Below, one piece after another: positions 25,313-35,638 of a DNA stretch of 41,477 nucleotides. This stretch comes from an uncultured bacterium (GTDB lineage Bacteria; CAYJRR01): contig CAYJRR010000022.1 in the NCBI GenBank assembly GCA_964372275.1, positions 1-41,477 of the forward strand, read 5' to 3'. The notes below the pieces were generated by a model. The model was not told where the DNA came from, did not search any database, and saw nothing but the letters and a program-made list of their open reading frames with translations. The position numbers were made by a program, and so were the translations under genes. Position 1 is the first letter of the stretch. Each line of letters opens with the position of its first letter.

Positions 25313-26878
25313 TCAGCCTGCGGCCGGGGCGTCGCGGCGGGTCGGCGCGGGGATCTCCGTCCGGACCGGGAGCAGCCGCGTCAGCCCGAAGTAGAGGGCG
25401 CCGGAGAGCAGGAAGCCGACGAACCAGGCGTAGGTGTAGAGACCGTGCGACCCGGCCCAGAAGAGATCGGCCCACGTCGAGGCCTGCCCCCCGCCGAGCG
25501 CCGGCGGGGAGGCGAGCAACGCCTGCCGCGCGTCGAACGCCGCCTTCCAGCCGGGGACCGCCTCGATCAGGAAACCCGGGACGTTGACCGCGATCCCCAC
25601 CGCCAGCGCGATCAAGGCCAGCGGATTGACTCCACCGCGGTATTCATAGGCGCCGCCGCGCCGGTAGAGGTCGTCGACCGACAGCTCCGCGCGGCGAATC
25701 AGGAAGTAGTCGGCGATCAGGATCCCGCCGATCGGACCGAGCAACGCCGAGTAGCCGACCAGCCAGGTGAAGATGTAGCCCTGCGACGTCTCGATCAGCT
25801 TCCACGGGAAGATCAGCGCGCCGAGAACGGCGGTGAGGACGCCGCCCGTCTTGTAGGAGATCCGCGCCGGATTCAGGTTGGAGAAGTCGTTGGCCGGAGA
25901 GACGACGTTCGCCGCCAGGTTGGTGGAGAGGGTCGCCACCGAGAGCGCCAGCATCGCGAACAGCGTCACCAGGGCGCCCCCCACGCGCCCGGCGAGGGCC
26001 ACCGGATCCCAGATCGTCTCGCCGAACAGGATCGGCGTCGCCGAGGTGACCGCCACGCCGATGAAGGCGAACAGGATCATCGTCGTCGGCAGCCCGAGCG
26101 CCTGCCCCACCACCTGGTCGCGCTGCGAGCGCGCGTAGCGGGTGAAGTCGGGGATGTTGAGCGAGAGGGTGGCCCAGAAGCCGACCATCGCGGTGAGCCC
26201 CGGACCGAAGGCCTTCATGAAAGCGCCGGGCTCGGTGAGCTTCGACGGGGCGGAGAGCATCGGGCCGAAGCCGCCCGCCTTGGAGTAGGCCCAGCCGAGG
26301 AGGAGGAGCCCGGCGGCGATCAGGAACGGGGCCGCCCAGGTCTCGAGCCACTTGATCGACTCGGTGCCGCGCAGGATGAAGTAGAGGTTGATCGCCCAGA
26401 ACAGGGCGAAGGCGGCGAGCTGGCCCGGGGTGATCCCCAGCAGCGGCAGCCGCGCGAGCTTCAAGGCATCGTCGGTGGGCATCGCGGTGCCGGTCAGGGC
26501 GTAGGCGAGCTGATAGAGGGCGAGTCCACCGAACCAGGTCTGGATCCCGAACCAGCCGCAGGCGACCAGCGCCCGCAGGATCGCCGGCACGTTGGCGCCG
26601 ACGACGCCGAACGACGCGCGGGCGAAGACGGGGAAGGGGATCCCGTACTTCGTCCCGGCGTGCGCGTTGAGGACCATCGGCACGAGCACCAGCACGTTCC
26701 CGAGTCCCACCGTGAACAGCGCCTGCGACCAGCTCATCCCCTGGTCGATCAGGCTCGACGCGAGGGTGTAGGTCGGGATGCAGACCGCCATCCCGATCCA
26801 GAGCGCCGCGAAGTGGTAGGTGGTCCAGGTGCGCGCCGACGCCGGCGTCGGCGCCAGGTCTTCGTTGGTCAGCGACAT
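25313..26878 (-). CDS. NCS1 family nucleobase:cation symporter (pyrimidine/hydantoin permease)
   Basis: NEDLAPT, LWIGMAVCIPTY, GTKYGIPFPV, WFGIQTW, WATLSLNIPDFTRY, NLAANVVSPANDF. Confidence 0.95.
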   Translation of the reverse strand: MSLTNEDLAPTPASARTWTTYHFAALWIGMAVCIPTYTLASSLIDQGMSWSQALFTVGLGNVLVLVPMVLNAHAGTKYGIPFPVFARASFGVVGANVPAILRALVACGWFGIQTWFGGLALYQLAYALTGTAMPTDDALKLARLPLLGITPGQLAAFALFWAINLYFILRGTESIKWLETWAAPFLIAAGLLLLGWAYSKAGGFGPMLSAPSKLTEPGAFMKAFGPGLTAMVGFWATLSLNIPDFTRYARSQRDQVVGQALGLPTTMILFAFIGVAVTSATPILFGETIWDPVALAGRVGGALVTLFAMLALSVATLSTNLAANVVSPANDFSNLNPARISYKTGGVLTAVLGALIFPWKLIETSQGYIFTWLVGYSALLGPIGGILIADYFLIRRAELSVDDLYRRGGAYEYRGGVNPLALIALAVGIAVNVPGFLIEAVPGWKAAFDARQALLASPPALGGGQASTWADLFWAGSHGLYTYAWFVGFLLSGALYFGLTRLLPVRTEIPAPTRRDAPAAG

Positions 26879-26927
26879 CGTCGATCCTCGCGACCGATCG
26901 GCGCGCGCGGCGCCGTCCGGCGAGCGG

Positions 26928-28022
26928 CTAGTTGGCCGAGAGCTTCTCCGTTTCCTTGTCGATGTTCCCCTGCCAGGTCTCGGCATCCCGGTTGTTCTTG
27001 GCGACCTTCGCCGCGAGCTGTCGTTCCACCAGGTCGTGGTGGCTGGTGAAGTAGGGGAGGGCCTTGCCCACGAACTGGCGGATGTCGGTGAAGGCGTGGT
27101 CGACCATGAACTTCGCCAGGTCCTCCTTGAGCTCCGAGACGATCTCGTAGCCGCGCATCATTGCGCCGGTACAGACCTGCACCGTGCTGCTGCCTACCAG
27201 GAGGAACTGCGCGGCGTCGGCGCCGGTCTCGATCCCGCCCATTCCGGAGACCTCGAGTCCCGGCTTGACGCGGGCGATCTCCATCACCTGCCGCAGCGCG
27301 ATCGGACGCACCGCCTGCCCCGAGTAGCCGCCGGGGACCGAGTGCCCCTCCACCGTGGGGATCGGCCGGAGCGTCTTGAGGTCGATGCCGGTGACCGAGA
27401 GGATGGTGTTGATCGCCGAGATCCCGTCGGCACCGCCGTTGATCGCCGCCCGTGCCGGCAGCGTCGGATCGCCCACGTTCGGCGTCATCTTGGCCCAGAC
27501 CGGGATCTTCGCCACCTCCTTCACCCACTTCACCACCTCGCAGGTGATGTCCGGGTTCTCCCCCATCGCCATCCCCATCTTCCGCTCGGGGAGGCCGTGC
27601 GGGCAGGAGAGGTTCATCTCGAAGCCGTCGACGCCGGTCTCCTGCACCCGCCGCACGATCTCGTGCCACGCCTCGCGCCGGTACTCCTCCATGATCGAGG
27701 CGATGACGATCTTCCGCGGGTACTGCTTCTTGAGCTGTTTGAGCTCGTCGATCCAGGTGTCGAACGGTCGGTCGGAGATCAGCTCGATGTTCTGGAACCC
27801 GAGCACCTCGTTGCTCTCGCGGCTGCGGAGTTTGGCGTATCGAGGGTTGGTGTTGATCACCTTGGAGGCGTCGAGGCTGATCGTCTTGATGACGCACCCC
27901 CCCCAGCCCAGGTCGAAGCTCTTGGCGATCACCCGGGCGTTGGTCCCGGGAGGGCCCGAGGCCAGGACGAACGGGTTCTCGAACTCCATGCCGTTGACGG
28001 TCACTTTCAGCGACGGCTGCAT
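26928..28022 (-). CDS. preA: Dihydropyrimidine dehydrogenase FMN/pyrimidine-binding subunit (PreA family, plant PYD1-like, no Fe-S domain)
   Basis: NPFVLASGPP, NIELISDRP, NLSCPHG catalytic loop, WAKMTPN, AINT, GGYSG.AVRPIAL, VQVCTG. Confidence 0.93.
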   Translation of the reverse strand: MQPSLKVTVNGMEFENPFVLASGPPGTNARVIAKSFDLGWGGCVIKTISLDASKVINTNPRYAKLRSRESNEVLGFQNIELISDRPFDTWIDELKQLKKQYPRKIVIASIMEEYRREAWHEIVRRVQETGVDGFEMNLSCPHGLPERKMGMAMGENPDITCEVVKWVKEVAKIPVWAKMTPNVGDPTLPARAAINGGADGISAINTILSVTGIDLKTLRPIPTVEGHSVPGGYSGQAVRPIALRQVMEIARVKPGLEVSGMGGIETGADAAQFLLVGSSTVQVCTGAMMRGYEIVSELKEDLAKFMVDHAFTDIRQFVGKALPYFTSHHDLVERQLAAKVAKNNRDAETWQGNIDKETEKLSAN

Positions 28023-28055
28023 CGTCGTTCTCCTACCGTGTTCGTGGGGCGTGCG

Positions 28056-29348
28056 TCACGCCTCCATGGCGTCGAGCGAATCGCCGAGGATCTTCAAGCC
28101 CTCGTCGATCTCGCCGGCGGTGATGTTGAGGGCCGGCGCGATCCGCACCGTGTTGCCGTAGAGGCCGCCCTTGCCGATGAGGAGACCGCGCTTCTTGGTC
28201 TCCTCGAACAGGCGAATCGTCGCCTTCGGGTTGGGCGTCCGGTTCCGGATCGTCTCGTCCTCGACCAGCTCCAGGGCCTGCATCAGCCCCATCCCGCGCA
28301 CGTCGCCGATCGTCCGCGGGTGTCGCGCCTTCAGCTCCTCGAGCCCTGCGCGGAGCCGCGCGCCCTGCGTGGCGGCGTTCTTCGCCAGGTTCTCCTTCTT
28401 GATCAGGCCGACGGTGGCGTTGGCGGCGGCGCAGCTGATCGGATTCCCGCCGAAGGTGGAGATCGTCAGGTTCTTGAACGACGACGCGATCGCCGGGGTC
28501 ACCAGCGTCGCCCCGAGCGGGAAGCCGTTGGCGATCCCCTTGGCCGCCGTCAGGATGTCGGGCTCGACGCCGTACTGCTCGATCCCCCACATCGTCCCGG
28601 TGCGGCCGAAGCCGGTCTGCACCTCGTCGGAGATGAAGACGCCGCCGTGCTTGCGCACGATCTCCGCCGCGATCTGGAAATACTCCTCGGGCGGGGTGAT
28701 GAACCCGCCCACCCCCTGGATCGGCTCGGCCAGCATCCCGGCGATCCGTCCGGTGGTGGTGGTGCGGATCAGCTCCTCGATGTCCTTGGCACAGGCGACG
28801 CCGCAGGAGGGGTACTCGAGCTTGAACGGGCAGCGGTAGCAGTAGGCGTTGTGCGCGTGCTTGATCGCCGCGATCTGCGACGGCACCGCGCGGTAAGGCT
28901 GGTGGGCGGTGAGGTTCTTCGCCAGCGCCGAGTGCCCGGAGTAGCCGTGGCGCAGCGCCACCAGCTCCAGGTTGCCGGTGGCGACCTGGGCCATCATCAC
29001 CGCCGTTTCGTCGGCCTCGGTCCCGGAGGCGCTGAAGAACACTTTTCCCAACTTCCCCGGCGCGATCCCCACCAGCGTCTCCGCCAACTCCACGATCGGC
29101 AGCGTCGGGTAGAGCGTCGAGACGTGTCCGAGCCGCTGGAGCTGCGCCGTCACGGCCGCGTTGACCGCCTCGTTGGCGTGCCCCACCGAGACGGTGAGGA
29201 TCCCGCCGAAGAAGTCGAGGTAGCACTTCCCGTCGAGGTCCTCGAGTCGCGTCCCCTTCCCCTTCACCAGGACGATAGGCTCCTCGTAGTAGTTCGAGGC
29301 CCCGAACAGGAACTCGTTGTGCTTGGCGCGGACGGTCTTGGTGTCCAT
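28056..29348 (-). CDS. Class III PLP aminotransferase (AGXT2-like; probable beta-alanine aminotransferase)
   Basis: YLDFFGGILTVSVGH, SGTEA, EPIQGVGG, DEVQTGFGRTG, AKGIANG, STFGGNP; ATG 29348 overlaps the hydA stop; pathway context. Confidence 0.9.
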   Translation of the reverse strand: MDTKTVRAKHNEFLFGASNYYEEPIVLVKGKGTRLEDLDGKCYLDFFGGILTVSVGHANEAVNAAVTAQLQRLGHVSTLYPTLPIVELAETLVGIAPGKLGKVFFSASGTEADETAVMMAQVATGNLELVALRHGYSGHSALAKNLTAHQPYRAVPSQIAAIKHAHNAYCYRCPFKLEYPSCGVACAKDIEELIRTTTTGRIAGMLAEPIQGVGGFITPPEEYFQIAAEIVRKHGGVFISDEVQTGFGRTGTMWGIEQYGVEPDILTAAKGIANGFPLGATLVTPAIASSFKNLTISTFGGNPISCAAANATVGLIKKENLAKNAATQGARLRAGLEELKARHPRTIGDVRGMGLMQALELVEDETIRNRTPNPKATIRLFEETKKRGLLIGKGGLYGNTVRIAPALNITAGEIDEGLKILGDSLDAMEA

Positions 29349-30763
29349 CACGCCCTCGGCGTGCGCTTGATGTAGCGGCCGCGGCCGGGTTTCGCCACGA
29401 GCTTCTCCTTCTCGATCACCATCTCGCCGCGCGACAGCACCGTCTCCACCACGCTCCTCACCCGCCGACCCTCGTAGGGGTTGTAGTCGACGCGCATGTG
29501 GTGGGTCTTGACCGAGATCGTCTGTTCGCGGTTCGGGTCGAGAACGACGATGTCGGCGTCGCTGCCGACGGCGATCGTCCCCTTGCGCGGAAACAGGCCG
29601 AAGATCTTCGCCGGCGCGGTGGAGGTGATCTCCACGAAGCGGTTCATCGAGATCCGCCCGGCCGCCACGCCGCCGTCGTACATCAGCACCATCCGGGTCT
29701 CGATCCCCGGCGCGCCGTTGGGGATCTTGGAGAAGTCGTCCTTCCCCAGCTCCTTGCCGATCGAGCCGACGCCGGGGCCGAGCGCCCCCTTGGGGTCCTT
29801 CATGCAGAACGGGCAGTGGTCGGTGGCGACCGCCTGCAGATCGTTGAACTTGAGGCCCCTCCACAGCTGATCCTGCTTCGACCGGTCGCGCAGCGGCGGG
29901 CTCATCACGTACTTGGCGCCCTCGAAGCCCGGCTCCTCGTAGTTGTCGTAGGAGAGGAAGAGGTACTGCGGGCAGGTCTCGGCGTGCGCCGGCAGGCCGC
30001 GGTCGCGCGCGGCGGTCACCTGCTCCAGCGCCTCCGCCGCCGAGAGGTGGACGATGTACACCGGAACGTCCGCCACCTCGGCCAGACAGATCGCGCGGTA
30101 GGTCGCCTCCGCCTCCAAACGCGGCGGGCGGGTCCGCGCGTGGTACTTCGGCGCGGTGTGCCCCTTGCGTAGCGCCTGCTCGACGAGCACGTCGATCACC
30201 GGGCCGTTCTCGGCGTGCATGCAGATCGTGGCGCCGATCTCCCCCGACCGCTGCATGGTGCGGAAGATGTCGGCATCGCTCATGTAGAAGATGCCGGGGT
30301 AGGCCATGAACAGCTTGAAGCTGGTCACCCCCTCCTTGACCAGGTCCCCCATCTCGGCGCGGAGCGAATCGTTCGACTCGCGCATGATCATGTGGAATCC
30401 GTAGTCGATCGCCGCCTTCCCCTCGGCCTTCCCCATCCAGGTCTCCCACGCCTGTCGGAGCGAATGCCCGCGCTCCTGGATGGCGAAGTCGACGATCGAG
30501 GTGGTGCCGCCGTAGGCCGCGGCGATCGTTCCGGTCTCGAAGTCGTCGACGGAGGAGGCCCCCATGAACGGCATGTCGAGGTGGGTGTGTACGTCGATTC
30601 CGCCCGGAATGACGAACTTCCCCGTGGCGTCGATCGTGCGATCGACCGCGATCGCCGAGAGATCGGCGCCGATCTGGGAGATCCTCTCCCCCTCGATCAG
30701 GAGGTCGGCCTTGTAGGTGTCGGTGGCGGTGACGACGTTTCCGTTCTTGACCAGCGTCTTCAT
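29348..30763 (-). CDS. hydA: Dihydropyrimidinase
   Basis: PGGIDVHTHL, GGTT, SFKLFMAY, HAENG, ETCPQYL, KYVMSPPLR, TDHCPF, IPNGAPGIE. Confidence 0.96.
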   Translation of the reverse strand: MKTLVKNGNVVTATDTYKADLLIEGERISQIGADLSAIAVDRTIDATGKFVIPGGIDVHTHLDMPFMGASSVDDFETGTIAAAYGGTTSIVDFAIQERGHSLRQAWETWMGKAEGKAAIDYGFHMIMRESNDSLRAEMGDLVKEGVTSFKLFMAYPGIFYMSDADIFRTMQRSGEIGATICMHAENGPVIDVLVEQALRKGHTAPKYHARTRPPRLEAEATYRAICLAEVADVPVYIVHLSAAEALEQVTAARDRGLPAHAETCPQYLFLSYDNYEEPGFEGAKYVMSPPLRDRSKQDQLWRGLKFNDLQAVATDHCPFCMKDPKGALGPGVGSIGKELGKDDFSKIPNGAPGIETRMVLMYDGGVAAGRISMNRFVEITSTAPAKIFGLFPRKGTIAVGSDADIVVLDPNREQTISVKTHHMRVDYNPYEGRRVRSVVETVLSRGEMVIEKEKLVAKPGRGRYIKRTPRA

Positions 30764-30773
30764 CGAATCTCCG

Positions 30774-31013
30774 TTACTGGGAATGTTCCTCGCTCGGCGA
30801 CGCGAGCGTCGAGAGCCGGTGCAGCTTGACCTGCCGACGGCCGCGAAGCGTCATCAGCACGACCAGGCCGATCACCCCCAACCCGAATCCCAGCAGCGCG
30901 CCGAAAAGCCGAGGCTTTCCCTTCGAGCGCGCCATCTCCGACCCCGCCCAGGCGAAGACGAAATGGGCGAGGACGGTCGCGAGGATCGAAAGCTCGGAAA
31001 TTCCGACGCGCAT
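30774..31013 (-). CDS. Small hypothetical membrane protein (2 TM)
   Basis: 79-aa ORF filling the gap between two operon genes; two hydrophobic segments around ARSKGK and a basic tail. Confidence 0.65.
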   Translation of the reverse strand: MRVGISELSILATVLAHFVFAWAGSEMARSKGKPRLFGALLGFGLGVIGLVVLMTLRGRRQVKLHRLSTLASPSEEHSQ

Positions 31014-31023
31014 CGCGATCCCG

Positions 31024-31902
31024 TTAGGGGAGCTGCTTGACCATGTCGCCGTATGTTTCGGGGCGCCGGTCGCGGAAGAACTGCCATACCCGGCGGACCT
31101 CTTCGATGAGGTCGAGGTTCATCTCCGCGACCACCAGCTCGTCCTTGTCCTCGGATCCGACCTTGAGGAAGTTGCCGCGCGGATCGCAGAAGTAGGACGA
31201 CCCGTAAAACTGGCCGATGTTCCACGGCGCCTCGGTGCCGACGCGGTTCGACGCCGCGATGAAGTAGCCGTTGGCCACGGCGTGCGCCGGCTGCTCCAGC
31301 TTCCAGAGGTACTTCGACAGACCCGCGACCGTCGCCGACGGGTTGAAGACGATCTCCGCCCCGTTCAGGGCCAGCAGCCGCGCCCCTTCCGGGAAGTGCC
31401 GGTCGTAGCAGATGTAGACACCGATCTTGGCGTACTTGGTCTGGAAGGTCGGATAGCCCAGGTTTCCCGGCTTGAAGAACATCTTTTCGTAGAACCCCGG
31501 GCCGGTGTCGGGGATGTGGTTCTTGCGGTACTTGCCGAGGTACGTCCCGTCGGCGTCGACCACCGCCGCGGTGTTGTAGTAGACGCCGGCCATCTCCCGT
31601 TCGTAGACCGGGATCACCATCGCCATCTTGTACTTGGCGGCGTACTTGGAGAGCCTCTCCACCGTCGGTCCGGGCACCGACTCCGCGTTGTCGGCCCAGC
31701 GGGAGAGGTCCTTCGACGGGCAGAAGTAGGGGCCGTTGAAGATCTCCTGCAGGCAGAGGATCTGCACCCCCTGCTTGCCCGCCTCGTCGATGAACGAGAG
31801 GTGCTTCTCGAACATCGCGTTGCGGATCGTCTCCACCGACGCGTTCGAGTCGTTGACGGGATTCGAACACTGGATCAAGCCGCCGATGACGTTGCGTGCC
31901 AT
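31024..31902 (-). CDS. Nitrilase-family beta-ureidopropionase (beta-alanine synthase)
   Basis: CLQEIF, YRKNHIP, ICYDRHFPE (Glu-Lys-Cys triad), WQFFRDRRP; GAGG RBS before ATG 31902. Confidence 0.92.
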   Translation of the reverse strand: MARNVIGGLIQCSNPVNDSNASVETIRNAMFEKHLSFIDEAGKQGVQILCLQEIFNGPYFCPSKDLSRWADNAESVPGPTVERLSKYAAKYKMAMVIPVYEREMAGVYYNTAAVVDADGTYLGKYRKNHIPDTGPGFYEKMFFKPGNLGYPTFQTKYAKIGVYICYDRHFPEGARLLALNGAEIVFNPSATVAGLSKYLWKLEQPAHAVANGYFIAASNRVGTEAPWNIGQFYGSSYFCDPRGNFLKVGSEDKDELVVAEMNLDLIEEVRRVWQFFRDRRPETYGDMVKQLP

Positions 31903-31944
31903 GTGCCTACCTCGTGAAGATGGATCGGATCTCGTCGACTCCAC

Positions 31945-32528
31945 TCATCGAAACTGCCACCGGAAGGTTTCGCCCCAGTGGCCGCGCCGGTCGTCCTGCG
32001 GGAGGACGAGGGAAAGCGTCAGGTCGCCGGTTCCTCGGGGGGTCGCGGCGCAAACCCGGGCTGCGCGCTCCACCACCCGGAAGATCTTCTCCTCCGGCTG
32101 CGCGATCCGTAGAGCCGCGAAGGCGCTCGCCCCTACGGCGTCGGCCACCAGCAGATCGCGCTCACCGGTATAGGGCCAGTCGCGAACGGTGACGGTTTCC
32201 GCCTCGGGCCAGACCTGTTTCGCGTTCAGTTCCAAGCGCCAATCGCCGAGCGGGGAGTCGAGGCCGGCGGCGGTTCGGACGACGATACGCAGGCATACCT
32301 TGCCGTCGTCGAGCGATTCGATCCACGCTTCATCGGCGATGGCGGCGCGGGAGATCGAGCCCGGCGTCTGCTCCGACGGCATCCCGGGCCGGAGCGGCGC
32401 GCTGAGGAAGTTGGTCAGCATCGACCCGTCTCGGTCGGGGAGCGCCGCGCCGGAAACGACGCGGGTGCGCGCACGGTAGCAACCGGCGATGCCGGCTGCG
32501 GCCAAGGCAACCAGCATCAAGCGCCGCA

Positions 32529-32529
<1 letters not shown>
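31945..32529 (-). CDS. Hypothetical lipoprotein
   Basis: MRRLMLVALAAAGIAGC lipobox; ATG overlaps the mmsA stop (TGATG). Confidence 0.75.
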
Positions 32530-33983
<1,454 letters not shown>

Positions 33984-34010
33984 TTCGGAACCTCCGAAAA
34001 AAACCCGCCA

Positions 34011-34039
34011 AGACTACGCGCCGACCCCGGGGCCGTCAA
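34011..34039 (-). promoter_or_regulatory. sigma70-type promoter of the pyrimidine catabolism operon
   Basis: Minus strand TTGACG-N17-TAGTCT, ending 27 nt upstream of the mmsA ATG. Confidence 0.7.
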
Positions 34040-34186
34040 AATGAAAACCGCGCGGTGAACCCATCGACTCGCGGGTCCGAAGCCACGCGTTGTGGGCCGG
34101 CGTCCACGGCGACCGATTCCGTTTCGTCGACCCGTTACCGGATTTCGCCGCAGTTCCCGACCTTTCCTCGACGGGACCGCCACGTC

Positions 34187-34891
34187 TCCTTCGGGATCGG
34201 GAGCAGCGTGAACCATTTCCTGGTCGAAGGGGTGGCCAAGGCGGGGCTGGGGGAGCCGTTCGTGGTGACCCACCCCTCACAGGCGCTCGCGGTGGCGAAC
34301 CGGTTTCGCGGGTACATCCGCAGTCCGGTGCTGACCGACATCCGGATCCGCTTTCCCGGCTTCGACGCCTACGACGTGGAACCGGCGGCGTTCCCCGACG
34401 TGCTCGCCGACCGTCCGCTCGTCGTCCACGGCAAGTGGCGCGGGAAGGCGACGGGGACGATCGAGGTCAGCGGCATCTCCGGCGAGGGGCGCTACGCACG
34501 GTCGTTCGCCGTCGGCGAGTCGAAACCGTCGCCCGACCATCGCGCGCTGCGCTATCTCTGGGTGCGCACCCGCGTCTCGAACCTCTGGGCCTTCGCGCCG
34601 GGACGGCTCACCGACGATCAGCGAAGCGAGGTCGTCAGGCTCGGCCTGACCTACGAGGTATTGACCGCCTTCACCTCCTTCGTCGCGGTTCACGACGTCG
34701 TGCGGAACGCCGGCGGCGACGGACGCGAGGTGGCGCAACCGCTCCCGCTGCCCGAGGGGGTAAGCGAGCGGGCGGTGGGGGGGATGGACGTGGGTGACGA
34801 ACCGGAGCTGATCGCGCTTCTGCTGGCGCTCGGGGCTATTGCCATCGTCCAGCACCTCCGTCGCCCGGCCTCCGAGGCGAGGAGGCTCTAG
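34187..34891 (+). pseudogene. 5'-truncated vWA/VIT-type protein with a C-terminal exosortase-type sorting signal (GDEP-TM-basic)
   Basis: Recognisable sequence starts abruptly at SFGIGSSVNHFL and continues with SPVLTDI, PDVLADRPLVVHGK, LTAFTSFVAV, VAQPLPLPEGVS; ends DVGDEP-ELIALLLALGAIAIV-QHLRR; no N-terminal domains. Confidence 0.75.
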
Positions 34892-35617
34892 GTGATCGGG
34901 TCGCCCGCGCGGCGTCGGGATCACGCCGCTCCCTGGCTCTTCGCCGGGGCCGCGCTGTCGATCGCCTACGCGGTCAAGCGGTTCTACTCCAGCGCGTCGG
35001 TCGATGCGCTGCAGTGGCTCCTCGCGCCGGTGGCTGCGACCGGTGGTTGGGTGACCGGACGGCCGTTCGATCTCGAGCCCGGGGTCGGGTACGTCAACAC
35101 GACACTCCTCTTCGCGATCGTTCCCGCCTGCGCGGGGCTCAATTTCGGAATCGTCGCCTTCCTGTCGATCGCGTGGATCTGGCTTCGGCGGATCGACTCG
35201 CTCGCCGCGGCGGCGGCGCGGCTCGCCGTGGCGACCATCCTCGCCTACGTCGTGACCCTCACCGCCAACACGGTGCGCATCGTCCTCGCGATCGGCCTCC
35301 ACGCGTACGACGTCCGCTGGGGACCGCTAACGCCGAAGGTACTCCGTCGCGCCGTCGGCGTCGGGATCTACGTCACGACGTTGCTCCTCGTCGTCGAAGG
35401 GCTGCGCGCCGGGGTCTCGGTCGCGGTGCCGCTGGCGATCTACGGGGCCGTCTCCCTCGGGGTGCCGCTCCTGAATCACGCCGCAGTACAAGGGGAATTC
35501 GTGGCGCACGCCATGGCGACAGTCGCCGTCTCCTCCGCGGTCGCGGTCGGTTGGGCGGCTGCGCGTCGTGGATTCGGAGTGTCGCGATCGCGCCGGCCCG
35601 TTCTCCGCCTTCCGTAG
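34892..35617 (+). CDS. xrtK: Exosortase K-like membrane transpeptidase
   Basis: KRFYSSASVDALQWLLAP, FDLEPGVGY, IVPACAGLNF (catalytic Cys), ANTVRI (Arg); multi-TM; follows a CTERM-bearing gene. Confidence 0.82.
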   Translation: MIGSPARRRDHAAPWLFAGAALSIAYAVKRFYSSASVDALQWLLAPVAATGGWVTGRPFDLEPGVGYVNTTLLFAIVPACAGLNFGIVAFLSIAWIWLRRIDSLAAAAARLAVATILAYVVTLTANTVRIVLAIGLHAYDVRWGPLTPKVLRRAVGVGIYVTTLLLVVEGLRAGVSVAVPLAIYGAVSLGVPLLNHAAVQGEFVAHAMATVAVSSAVAVGWAAARRGFGVSRSRRPVLRLP

Positions 35618-35638
35618 GCGCCGGTGTACAATCGCCCC

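Noticed and set aside
28056-30449. 797-aa ORF suggesting a HydA-aminotransferase fusion
   Set aside because: The N-terminal part is an off-frame shadow of hydA; the aminotransferase starts at ATG 29348, overlapping the hydA stop.
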